A DNA stretch of 64,000 nucleotides, taken from the NCBI GenBank assembly GCA_038231275.1, contig JBBRLQ010000026.1:1-64000 (forward strand), written 5' to 3'. Origin of the DNA: Polyangiales bacterium. Its GTDB lineage: Bacteria; Myxococcota_A; Polyangia; Polyangiales; Polyangiaceae. Shown in pieces: positions 47,250 through 56,419 of this stretch (position 1 is the first letter of the stretch; every line of letters starts with the position of its first letter). The translations under genes were made by a program, and so were the position numbers. The notes under the pieces were generated by a model. That model was not told the DNA's origin. It was given only the letters and a program-made list of their open reading frames with translations, and did not search any database.

Positions 47250-48920
47250 ATGCCGCGTTCCTTACGACTCGTCGCGCTTTGGTCCTTCTTCGTCGTCTTC
47301 GTCGCGTGCGGCGCTCCGTCCCATGGGGACGAGGAGTCCGTCGGCTCGACGGACTCCGCGCTCGTCACCGCCACCGGCGTCGACTACTCGTTCGCGCGCC
47401 CTTCGCCCGCGGGCCTCCACGCCGACGGCTATACGTTCGCGGCGCGCTACTTGAGCCACGACCCGCCGAAGGATCTGACGAAAGGCGAGGCCGACGCGCT
47501 GTGGGCCAACAAGGTCGATGTCGTCGCGAACTGGGAAGCGACCGCCGGCGGCGCGCTCAACGGTCACGCGCAGGGCGTCGCCGACGCGCAAGCGGCAGAG
47601 GCCGAAGCCAAGGCCGCAGGAATGCCGGCCGGTCGACCGATCTACTTCAGCGTCGACTTCGACGCGACGCCGGGCCAGCAGGCGGCGTTGAACGCGTACT
47701 TCGATGGCGTCGGCTCGGTCATCGGCGTCACGCGCGCCGGCGCGTATGGCGGCTACTACGTCATCCAGCGCCTCTTCGACGCCGGCAAGATCAAGTGGGG
47801 CTGGCAAACGTACGCGTGGTCGGGCGGCCAGTGGGAGCCGCGCGCGCAGCTCCGGCAGGTGCAGAACGGGATCACCGCGGCCGGCGACGGCGCGTGCTGC
47901 GACAAGGATCAAGCGGTCGCCGCCGACTTCGGTCAGTGGCACGCCGCTCCCGCCGACCTGGCCCCGCGCGGCGCGTTCGACAGCGCAGCCTGCGCCGGCC
48001 TCGCCGGCTGGTCGCAGGATCAGAACGCGCCGACGACGGCGAACGGCGTGGAACTGTCGTTCAACGCCGCCGCGGGCGCCGCCGGATCGGAGGCTGTTCG
48101 CCTCGTCGCGTCGGTGAACCGTAAAGATCTCTGCACGCCGCTCGGCTCGTGCGACCACGGCTTCACGTTCGAGATGCCGCTCGGCGTCCAAGACGGCAAA
48201 CCGCACGCGGTGCACGCGTACGGCATCGACACCGCCGGCGGCCCGAGCACCGAGCTGACGGGAAGCCCCAAGTCGCTCCAGTGCCCCTACGCGACGCCGC
48301 CGCTGGACGCGACGGGCGGCATCAAGCGCCACGTTCTCGATGCGGCCGCGATGAAGGCGTGGGGGTTCTCGTCGCTCCTCGATGTCGCGCCGCAACCGGA
48401 CGCCGTCCTCACCGGCTTCGCGGCCGGCGCGGATTGGACCGAAAAGCCCGCGTTGATCCAGGCCGACGACGGTTCGCCGTCTGTGTGGCTCCTCGACGGG
48501 AACATTCGCCGTCACGTCGTCAGCGGGGCGTCCCTCGCCGCGTGGCACCGCACGTTCGCCGAGGTCGTGAAGACGCCGGCCGCCAAGGTGAACGCGTACG
48601 CGCAAGGGCCCGACCTTCCGACGAAGCCGTTCCTCATGATCGGCAGCGGCCCCGCGGTGTACGTCCTCGACGCCGATCCGAGCACGCCGCCGGGCCCGGT
48701 CGATCCGGACGCCGGCGCGCCCGGTGGTCCTGGAACGCCCGGTACTCCCGGGGCTCCTGGTTCCGGCGGTCCGTCGGCGAGCCCCGATCCCGGCAACGCC
48801 GATGGCGCGCACTCGAGTGGGTGCAGCGCACATGGACGTGCGCCGGCGACGGACCTGGGGTGGATGCTGGGGCTCGCCGTCGCGTTGGCGACGCTCGGAC
48901 GCCGTCGGCGCGCGGTCTGA
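47250..48920 (+). CDS. DUF1906 (Rv2525c-like glycoside hydrolase) surface protein with MYXO-CTERM-like tail
   Basis: GVDYS..ARYLS, PIYFSVDFD, GAYGGY and WQTYAWSGG; ends SGCS...GLAVALATLGRRRR; N-terminal FVAC lipobox. Confidence 0.88.
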   Translation: MPRSLRLVALWSFFVVFVACGAPSHGDEESVGSTDSALVTATGVDYSFARPSPAGLHADGYTFAARYLSHDPPKDLTKGEADALWANKVDVVANWEATAGGALNGHAQGVADAQAAEAEAKAAGMPAGRPIYFSVDFDATPGQQAALNAYFDGVGSVIGVTRAGAYGGYYVIQRLFDAGKIKWGWQTYAWSGGQWEPRAQLRQVQNGITAAGDGACCDKDQAVAADFGQWHAAPADLAPRGAFDSAACAGLAGWSQDQNAPTTANGVELSFNAAAGAAGSEAVRLVASVNRKDLCTPLGSCDHGFTFEMPLGVQDGKPHAVHAYGIDTAGGPSTELTGSPKSLQCPYATPPLDATGGIKRHVLDAAAMKAWGFSSLLDVAPQPDAVLTGFAAGADWTEKPALIQADDGSPSVWLLDGNIRRHVVSGASLAAWHRTFAEVVKTPAAKVNAYAQGPDLPTKPFLMIGSGPAVYVLDADPSTPPGPVDPDAGAPGGPGTPGTPGAPGSGGPSASPDPGNADGAHSSGCSAHGRAPATDLGWMLGLAVALATLGRRRRAV

Positions 48921-49064
48921 GCGCGATTGCCGCGCGTCACGGCGTCAGCGCGTTGACGCGTAGGTGCGCGGGACGATGAATCTTTCGTCTTGAGGCACGC
49001 GGCGCTTAGGTCGCGGCGAGAGAGGTCGTTTTTCTTGGTGAACCCTCCGCCAAGGACTAGACCC

Positions 49065-49469
49065 ATGCCCTCCCTCTCCCCGCTCTCGAGCTTCACGTTT
49101 GCCGCATTCGTCGCCACCTTCGCCCTCGCCGGCTGCGGCGGCGCGCCGCAATCCGACGCCGAAGCCCACGCCACCGACACCGCTTCGGCGGCCCTCGCGA
49201 CGCCGGCGCCCCGCGCCCACGCCGTTCACGCGGTCCACGCCGCGCCGATCGGCGACTTCGAGATTCAGCCCCCGATGCCGCCGACGCCGTTTCCCCCGCC
49301 GGCGCCCATCTGCCTCGACTTCCATCCCTGCATGGATGGTTTCGTCTTCGACAGCTCGCCCGACGTCTGCTCCTGCGTGACCGCGCCGTGCGTGCAGTTC
49401 GCGCAGTGCATGAAGGGCTCGACCTACGACTCGACGCCCGGCGTCTGCGCCTGCGTCTCCGCGGGCTGA
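49065..49469 (+). CDS. Small lipoprotein with two Cys-rich repeats
   Basis: LAGC lipobox; C....CM.G..(F/Y)DS.P.VC.CV occurs twice. Confidence 0.8.
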   Translation: MPSLSPLSSFTFAAFVATFALAGCGGAPQSDAEAHATDTASAALATPAPRAHAVHAVHAAPIGDFEIQPPMPPTPFPPPAPICLDFHPCMDGFVFDSSPDVCSCVTAPCVQFAQCMKGSTYDSTPGVCACVSAG

Positions 49470-49515
49470 GCCTGCTTGCGCGCGCCGCATCGTCGTGGTG
49501 ATGTGCCCGGCTCCA

Positions 49516-49719
49516 ATGAGCACACTCATCGAGATGCAGGCCTCGCACAACGGGAGGATGCTGGAACGCGCGATTCGGCTCGACGCCGTCCCGCGCGTCG
49601 GCACGCTCGTCTTCATCCAAGGGCACAGCAAGCACAACCTCAGGGTGAAGCAGGTGCTTTACCGCGACGGCGGCGGAATCACGCTGCTCCTCGGTGACGA
49701 CGAAGAGTCGTGGACCTGA
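49516..49719 (+). CDS. Small hypothetical protein
   Basis: 67-aa ORF with a VPRVG motif, overlapping the deaminase start. Confidence 0.55.
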   Translation: MSTLIEMQASHNGRMLERAIRLDAVPRVGTLVFIQGHSKHNLRVKQVLYRDGGGITLLLGDDEESWT

Positions 49720-50291
49720 CCCACGAGGCCGCCATGAACGCCGCGATGGCGGAGGCGGAGCGTGCACGTGGCAGCACCGGCGACAACCCGTGGGTCGGTA
49801 GCGTCATCGTCGCCGGCGGACACATCGTCGCGCGCGGCCACACGCAAGGCCCCGGCGAGGACCACGCGGAGATCGGCGCGCTGCGTGAGGCCCGTGCCGC
49901 CGGCGTCGCCCTGACGAGCGCGGTGCTCTACTCGACCCTCGAGCCATGCTCGTTCCACGGCCGGACGCCCGCGTGCGCGAAGGTCATCGCCGAGAGCGGC
50001 GTCCGCACGCTCGTCACCGGCATTCGCGATCCGAACCCGCGAGTCGACGGCGCCGGCGTGGCCATCGTGCGCGCGGCCGGCGTCGAGGTCGTCGAGGACG
50101 TGTGCGATGCGGCCATCCGCCTCCAGCTCGGCGCGTGGATCGTGCATTTCCATCCGCACGAACCGCTGAGGCGCGCCCGCGCGATGCTCCCGCTGGCCGA
50201 CGACGCGATGGCAGACGCGCTCCGGAGCGTCTATGGCGTCGACATCGCGACCGCCCGCGACCTCGCACGACGCGCGCGCGCCGTGTCGTGA
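49710..50291 (+). CDS. RibD-type deaminase domain protein (no reductase domain)
   Basis: NPWVG, HAE, TLEPCSFHGRTPAC and DPNPRV.G.G motifs. Confidence 0.88.
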   Translation: MDLTHEAAMNAAMAEAERARGSTGDNPWVGSVIVAGGHIVARGHTQGPGEDHAEIGALREARAAGVALTSAVLYSTLEPCSFHGRTPACAKVIAESGVRTLVTGIRDPNPRVDGAGVAIVRAAGVEVVEDVCDAAIRLQLGAWIVHFHPHEPLRRARAMLPLADDAMADALRSVYGVDIATARDLARRARAVS

Positions 50292-50311
50292 CGCGGTCCT
50301 TCGCCTCGCCT

Positions 50312-50730
50312 CTACGCCCGTCGCTGCGCGAGGTAGGCGGTCACGCCGCCGAAGATGTGGATCAAGATCTTGATCCCTTGCAGCACCACGAAGAGCCCCC
50401 CACCGGATCCGATTTGGATGACCGCCGAGATGGCTCCGATGCCGTGGAGCCACATGATCCGGCGCGCCGCGGCGGGGTCGCCTTTGAAGATCTGAACCCC
50501 TCGCACGGCGTAGAGGACGATGAGCAGATCGGGAGGATCGTCTGGAACCCCGACACCGATCCGTGAGCGGCGCCGAGCCCGATGAGCAGCGTGAGTCCCG
50601 CCCAGTATGCGCTCGCGAGGCCGGCGCCGACCGCGGCGAGCACGAACATCGTACGATCGGGCGGCGGTCCGCCGGGCGCATACGGAAGCGGGCCTTGTGC
50701 GTTCGGGGGCTGGTAAGGGTTCGGGTTCAT
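50312..50730 (-). pseudogene. Frameshifted multi-TM membrane protein
   Basis: MNPNPYQPP...QTILPI continues as LIVLYAVRGVQIFKG... in another frame; one base missing near 50526 (mutation or sequencing error). Confidence 0.75.
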
Positions 50731-51986
50731 CGGTGGGCCGCGCCGATGCTATCCGACGCCGGGGAGCGTGGGGTCTGCGTCGTCAGCCATTTTTTGAGGA
50801 CATCGTAGACCTCCGGCCGCGACAGCAGATCCAGGTGACCGACGCCGTAGGCGATCCATCGGTGGGTCTCCGGGAAGTCGAGCGCGAGATCGCCGTTCGC
50901 ATGGCGGCCGAGGGCGCTTTCGACGGGGACGAGCCCGTCGCTGGCGAGGCTCGTGGCGGGCGCGGGCGTCGTCGTTCCGGCGATCGCGAAGCAGCGGACA
51001 CCGTCCGGGAGCGCGAGGCGCCGGCGAGAATCGCGTCCATGCGCGAAGCGATCACGCCCCTCCCAGTGCTCGTCGAGGACGTAGCCGAATCGGAGATCGG
51101 TGACGCCGGCGCTGCGGAGCCGGCCGAGCCGCGACAGGGGCACGCTGTAGCGACTCACGCCGAGCAGGACGTCGATCATGTTGCCGCCGCGCTCGAGCGG
51201 CGCGCCGTGGTGCGGCGTTCCGATGCACGCGAGCGCGGTCAGCTTGGCGCGCCAGGCGTACTTCGCCGACTCCGCGGCGTGGCAGGCGCTTCGCGCGACG
51301 AGACCGCCCATGCTGTGCCCGACCAGCACGATCTCCTCGATGCGCACGGGCCAGGACGCGCAGAGGCGCTCGAGCATCTCGGCGAGCTCGCGCCCGTTCG
51401 TCGATACGTGCAGACCGGAGTTGTACCGGGAGTACACCGCGGTGAGCCCCAAATCGCGCGCGAGGGCGGCGCCGTGATCGTGCCCTGCGCGTAGCCATTG
51501 CCCATCGTTCATGCTCGACCCGTGCACGAGCACGACGACCCGCGCGCCTGCGTCCGGCAAGGCGCCCCGGAGCGCGGCGGGGTCGAGGTCGAGCGCTTCG
51601 CCAGAGACGCAGAACGCCATCGGCGTCGCGAGCGGGTTGCCCGTCTCGACGAGGTAGTCGCCGATGACGCCGTTCAGCACCGCAACGACGGCCGCGCGCT
51701 CGGGTCCAGGCACGCTCTCGCCGAGGAGCGGCGCGAGCTGCGTCAGCGTGAGATCGATCGCGGCGCCGACCGCGTGCGTCACGCCGCGAATGCTCCCGTA
51801 CACGAGGCCGGTGAGCACGCGCACGGGACCATCGAGCGGGCGCCCCAAGAGATCGGGCCCCGCCGCGATCGTGCGATGCATCGCCTCGACGATGCCCGTC
51901 ACCCTCTTCGTCGCGTCCACGACGAGGCGACTCGCGCCGCGAAGATCGCCCGCGTGGGAGCGCTTGGATTTTCGCTTCTTGGTCAC
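50727..51986 (-). CDS. Alpha/beta hydrolase (PGAP1/lipase-like)
   Basis: LVHG, YNSGLHVSTNG, GHSMGG, GTPHHGA, DGLVP and HLDLL motifs. Confidence 0.9.
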   Translation of the reverse strand: MTKKRKSKRSHAGDLRGASRLVVDATKRVTGIVEAMHRTIAAGPDLLGRPLDGPVRVLTGLVYGSIRGVTHAVGAAIDLTLTQLAPLLGESVPGPERAAVVAVLNGVIGDYLVETGNPLATPMAFCVSGEALDLDPAALRGALPDAGARVVVLVHGSSMNDGQWLRAGHDHGAALARDLGLTAVYSRYNSGLHVSTNGRELAEMLERLCASWPVRIEEIVLVGHSMGGLVARSACHAAESAKYAWRAKLTALACIGTPHHGAPLERGGNMIDVLLGVSRYSVPLSRLGRLRSAGVTDLRFGYVLDEHWEGRDRFAHGRDSRRRLALPDGVRCFAIAGTTTPAPATSLASDGLVPVESALGRHANGDLALDFPETHRWIAYGVGHLDLLSRPEVYDVLKKWLTTQTPRSPASDSIGAAHR

Positions 51987-51993
51987 TCGGCCC

Positions 51994-53184
51994 TCAGCGT
52001 GCCTCGACCGCGATCGCCGCGTCGAGCGCGCTCATCGCGCGATCGAGCTCGGCCTCGGTGTTGTAGTGCACGGCCGACACGCGCACGACGCCGGCCGGGG
52101 CGAGTCCCAGCGCGTCGACGAGGCGTTTCGCGTAAAAGTCCCCGTGGCGGATTCCCACGCCGCACGGATCCACGCGGCGCACGATCGCCTCGGGCGACGC
52201 CCCGTCCACCGTGAAGCCGATCGTGGGCACCCGCCGCGCGCGATCGGCGACGGTGTCGCCCCACACGCGCGCGCCGCGGACGCCCGCGAGCCACCCGAGC
52301 AGGCGCGCGGAGAGGCGCTCTTCGTGTTCGGCGATCCGCGCGAACGCCTCTCGTTTGCCGCCGAGCGCGCCAACGTACTCGTAAATTCCGCCGAGCCCGT
52401 GCGACAGCTCGTAATTCACGTTGCCGGGCTGCAGCTTGTACGGGACCTCGTCGATGAACCCGTGGTTGATCCCGGCGAGCCGCTCGAGAAGCGCGCGCTT
52501 GCCGAAGAGCACGGCCATGTGCGGCCCGTACACCTTGTAGAAGCTGAAGACATAGTAGTCGACGTCCCACGCCGCGACATCGACCTCGCGGTGCGGCGCG
52601 AAGGCCACACCGTCGACGCACACCTTGGCGCCGTGCGCGTGCGCGAGGCGGGTCAGCGCGGAGACGTCATGGATGCTCCCGAGGACGTTCGAGACATGGG
52701 GGAACGCGACGAGGCGCGTGCGCTTCGTCAGGAGCGGCGCGAGCCCGCGCTCTTCGAGGCGCAGCGTCTCGGGATCCAGTGGCCACACCTTGATGACGAC
52801 CCCGCGCGACGCGAGGCGCGTCCACGGTCCCACGTTCGCTTCGTGATCGGCCTCCGTCGTCACGATCTCGTCGCCGGGCGAGAGCTCCGCCTCCATCGCA
52901 CGCGAGAGGTTCTGGAGGAGCTGCGTCGTCGACGCGCCGAGGACGATCTCCCCCTCCGCCGCCCCCATGTACCGCGCCGTCTCGCGCGCGGCCTCGTCGA
53001 CGCGCGCCGTCGAGATCTCGGAAATCGCATACGAGGCGCCGAGCTGCACGTTGCTCGTGAGCAGGTAGTCGCGAATGCGATCGGCGACGCGTCCGAGCGT
53101 CTGCGAGCCGCCCGCGTTGTCCAAGAAGACGTAGCCGGCGGAGAGCGCGGGGAACTGCGCGCGGACGAAGTCGAGATCGAGCAC
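51994..53184 (-). CDS. Cysteine desulfurase-like protein (class V PLP enzyme)
   Basis: VRAQFPAL..LDNAGG, DHEAN, VDGVA, SFYKVYGPH and VRVS.VHYN motifs. Confidence 0.92.
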   Translation of the reverse strand: MLDLDFVRAQFPALSAGYVFLDNAGGSQTLGRVADRIRDYLLTSNVQLGASYAISEISTARVDEAARETARYMGAAEGEIVLGASTTQLLQNLSRAMEAELSPGDEIVTTEADHEANVGPWTRLASRGVVIKVWPLDPETLRLEERGLAPLLTKRTRLVAFPHVSNVLGSIHDVSALTRLAHAHGAKVCVDGVAFAPHREVDVAAWDVDYYVFSFYKVYGPHMAVLFGKRALLERLAGINHGFIDEVPYKLQPGNVNYELSHGLGGIYEYVGALGGKREAFARIAEHEERLSARLLGWLAGVRGARVWGDTVADRARRVPTIGFTVDGASPEAIVRRVDPCGVGIRHGDFYAKRLVDALGLAPAGVVRVSAVHYNTEAELDRAMSALDAAIAVEAR

Positions 53185-53217
53185 GACGGCAGTACAGCAC
53201 GACTCGCGGGAGCAGTC

Positions 53218-56200
53218 TCAGCGCGCGCGGAAGACCTCGCGCCCGCCATGCATCACGAAGTCCATCTCCGCAGCGACACCGAACGTGGTCCTCACCGGCG
53301 TGGTCGGAAGCCCCAGCTCCGCCGCGAGCGGGTGGCTGTCGTAATCGCAGACGGTCACTTCGTGGGGCGACAGAATCGGCCGCCAGCTACGCATCGCCGT
53401 TACGCTGGCCTCGGCCTCGACAATCGCCTGGTACGCCGCGCGACCGCCCTCCCCGGCCTGCCGGAACTGCTTCAGGAAGACGAGGTTCATCGTCGCGTCC
53501 ACGAACCGCTTGGCGACGAGGTCGCGGACGGCCGACGCGAGCTCGAGGTCGGGTCCCGCGCGCTTGGCGATCGAGAGGAGTGTGCCTCGCTCGACGGTGG
53601 CGTCGGGGGCGTAGCGCCTCAGCACGGGACCGCGCACGTCGAGCCGTGTGAGCCCGCCGCTCCCGCGCGTCACGTCGACGTCCACGACGCTCTTGGCGAA
53701 GCCGAAGATCTCGCGACCTGCCGCCATCGCCGCGCCGCTGTCGACGAACACGTACGGCAAGAACCACGAGAGGCGCCGCGCACCCGAGACGCGCGAGAAG
53801 ATCGGGACCCACACCGACACGTCGATCTCCGGCATTCCGCCGCGGCGCGCGTGCTCCGGGTCGAGCGACGCGACGCGCGCTGTGAAGGCGCTGACGACGA
53901 ACGCGAACGGGGCCGCCACCTCGTACCTCAGCGCGCCCTTCGTCGGAGCCTCCAGGTAGCGGTGGACGAGCGCCTGCATCTTCCCTTCGTCGGCGCGGAT
54001 CGCGAACGCGTCGAGCTGGACGCTCTGCATGGCGTACGGCGGACGGAGCACCATTTCGTCGGGCCGGTCCACGTACGCCGGGCCGCTCGTCACGCGCTCG
54101 CGGGCGACCGCCGACGCGGCGCGGAGCCACGCGGGCTCGCCGAAGACGTGCGCGGGCTCGCCGATCACCGCACGCGCCGCCTGGAGCCCGCTCATGGCCG
54201 CCGCCTCGATGCATCCTGCGTCGAAGCCGGTTCGCGTCCAGTCGCCGCACACGACGAGGTTCTCGAAGCCCGTGTCGTGAGCGGGCAAGCGGTGCTTCGT
54301 GGTTCCGGCGACGGACAAGACGTAACGACCGGAAGGATCGGTGTTCGCACGCACGAAATGCGCCGTGAGCCGCGCCTCGCCGCACCGCTCCTCGACGTCG
54401 TGGAGCGTCGTCCAGTCGATCCCGCCGCGCGCGTCGGCGCCCTTGGGAAAGAGGTGTCCAGCGTGACGCGAGAGCCACGTGCCGGCGGCGTCCACGACCC
54501 GGGCGTGCTCGCGCGCGTGGTCCTCCGGCGTATCGGTGATCGGTGCGGCGCTCGTGTCGTAGGGACCACAAAAATACGCCAAATGCTTCACGCCGTCGTC
54601 GCGCGTCCACGACTCACGCGGCAAGAGGTGCGTCATGTCCGCCCACGTGTCGAACGGCTCGGCGTAGGTGCCGAGAACCGGCGGGGGCTTGGTCCAGCCG
54701 AGGTGCTCCAGGTCGCGCTTCAGCCACAGTTGCATCGCGAGCGTCTTCGTCGTCCTCACGTTGTCGAGCATCGCGCGCCAGCGGGGCTCGGCCGCGGCGA
54801 GCTCCTCGCAAATGGGCGCCAGCGCGCCGTGGGAGATTCCGAGGACCACCCGATCGAAGTCACGCCCACGCGCGAGCTCTCGCTCCTCCGCGGCCGGCCA
54901 ATCGAGCGACCAACTGGCAGGCCGCACGCCGAGACGAGAGAGAGCGTCTCCCTCTTCCAGCTGCTCGTAGAGCGGCGCCTCCGGCCAGCACGCGAGACCT
55001 CCGACGTCGACGAGCGGCCGGTACTCGCCGTCCTTCACGCGCGCTTGGCGAGCGACGGTGACGCGGTCGATCGAGCGCCCGTCCGTTGCGACGCCGAGCC
55101 GCATCACTGTGTGGAAGAATTCGAAGCGGACCCCCCGTTTCTGAAGAACCTCGTAGAGCGGCGTGAACACGGTCTCGCCCATGCCCGCTTGCATCTTGTA
55201 ATAGATGGCGCCGCGGTACCCGAGGAACATCCTCAGCGTCCCGAGCAGCGCTGTACCTGCGCCGGCGCCGTCGTCCCAGCTGAACGCGAGGTTGTAGAGG
55301 CCGCGGACCAACGACGAGCCGAGCGTCAGCTTCGATGCGCCATGCCGCTTCAGCCACGCGCGGTACTCCTCGTCGTCGAGCGCCGCAAAGTCCGCGTCGC
55401 GCGCGGTGAGGCCTTCGCGGATCATGCCGACGAGGTTCGTCGAGAAGAAGTCGATCATGATCCAAAGGCGGCGGGACGTGTCGTCCTTCGCGAGATCGTC
55501 CTCGAGCAGGCGCGCCGCGCGTCGCGCGAACGCCGTCAGTACGTTCGCCGCCCATCGCCACGGCCCCGTCGCGCCTGCATCTTCGCTCGTCGCGCCCTCG
55601 CCCGCTGCCCACGCGAGGAGCTGCCGAACGCCGCGGTACGACGCCACGCCGAGCGTGACGCCGAGGCCCGCCGCGCCGAGGTTTACGAGCGCCGCCGCTT
55701 CCTCGAGCGAGTCCGCGAGCTCGCCGAGCCCCCGCCGCTTCTCGCCGTCGCGTTCGGACAGGCCCTCCCGCGCCCACGCGCGCAGATGGTGGCTCAGGTG
55801 CTTGAAGCCGAGGAGCAGGTAGTCGCGAGGGCCCGGCGGCTCGCGCCCGTCGCCCGGGACCTCGGCGTTCTCCGGCGCCGCGAAGTGCCAGTGCCGCCAG
55901 CCCTCGCGCGTCTCCTCCTCGAGCGTGATGAAGCTGTGCTTCTTGAACGCGTCCTCCCACGTCGCGAGCGGCGCCGACGGCGGGCGCGCGAGCTCGTCGT
56001 AGCAACCGCGCATGACCTGGAACGCGTTCTCGTAGAAGCCCATCCAGATGTGTAGCCCGTGCTCCTCGATGCGATCGTGGTGCGCGCGGTTGCGGACGCT
56101 CGCTCCCTTGCCGCCGAGCAGCCAGCCGTCCTGATAGACCGTGACCTCGTAGCGCTCCTTCCAGTCGGGGGCGCGTGTGAGGGCGAAGGCGGCGGTGAGT

Positions 56201-56301
56201 GCTCCCATGCCGCCACCGAGGACGGCGACCTTCTCGCGACGTTGCACGCCGTGCACCACTGCACGCCGCGGACCATGCGCAGGTGCCTCATTTTCGGCCA
56301 T
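53218..56301 (-). CDS. Large FAD-dependent oxidoreductase (carotene-desaturase-like) fused to an acetoacetate-decarboxylase-like domain
   Basis: VAVLGGGMGA, LGGKGAS, EEHGLH.W.GFY and GDWT...GCIEAA; C-terminal GREIFGFAK and LKQFR; start may be GTG 56247. Confidence 0.85.
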   Translation of the reverse strand: MAENEAPAHGPRRAVVHGVQRREKVAVLGGGMGALTAAFALTRAPDWKERYEVTVYQDGWLLGGKGASVRNRAHHDRIEEHGLHIWMGFYENAFQVMRGCYDELARPPSAPLATWEDAFKKHSFITLEEETREGWRHWHFAAPENAEVPGDGREPPGPRDYLLLGFKHLSHHLRAWAREGLSERDGEKRRGLGELADSLEEAAALVNLGAAGLGVTLGVASYRGVRQLLAWAAGEGATSEDAGATGPWRWAANVLTAFARRAARLLEDDLAKDDTSRRLWIMIDFFSTNLVGMIREGLTARDADFAALDDEEYRAWLKRHGASKLTLGSSLVRGLYNLAFSWDDGAGAGTALLGTLRMFLGYRGAIYYKMQAGMGETVFTPLYEVLQKRGVRFEFFHTVMRLGVATDGRSIDRVTVARQARVKDGEYRPLVDVGGLACWPEAPLYEQLEEGDALSRLGVRPASWSLDWPAAEERELARGRDFDRVVLGISHGALAPICEELAAAEPRWRAMLDNVRTTKTLAMQLWLKRDLEHLGWTKPPPVLGTYAEPFDTWADMTHLLPRESWTRDDGVKHLAYFCGPYDTSAAPITDTPEDHAREHARVVDAAGTWLSRHAGHLFPKGADARGGIDWTTLHDVEERCGEARLTAHFVRANTDPSGRYVLSVAGTTKHRLPAHDTGFENLVVCGDWTRTGFDAGCIEAAAMSGLQAARAVIGEPAHVFGEPAWLRAASAVARERVTSGPAYVDRPDEMVLRPPYAMQSVQLDAFAIRADEGKMQALVHRYLEAPTKGALRYEVAAPFAFVVSAFTARVASLDPEHARRGGMPEIDVSVWVPIFSRVSGARRLSWFLPYVFVDSGAAMAAGREIFGFAKSVVDVDVTRGSGGLTRLDVRGPVLRRYAPDATVERGTLLSIAKRAGPDLELASAVRDLVAKRFVDATMNLVFLKQFRQAGEGGRAAYQAIVEAEASVTAMRSWRPILSPHEVTVCDYDSHPLAAELGLPTTPVRTTFGVAAEMDFVMHGGREVFRAR

Positions 56302-56419
56302 TCGTGATGCAGGGGGTGCACAGTGCACACGTTCGCTCCTGCACGCGGAGTGCTCCGGGTGCGCGTGGCGCGCCCTTTTGGCGGTCGCCCGCGCGTCCGT
56401 GCCGTAAGCTAGGAGAGCG

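Noticed and set aside
51664..56055. 1463-aa plus-strand ORF and many other long Arg/Ala-rich ORFs in the track
   Set aside because: These are antisense or off-frame shadows of real genes, expected in very high-GC DNA, and show no motifs.
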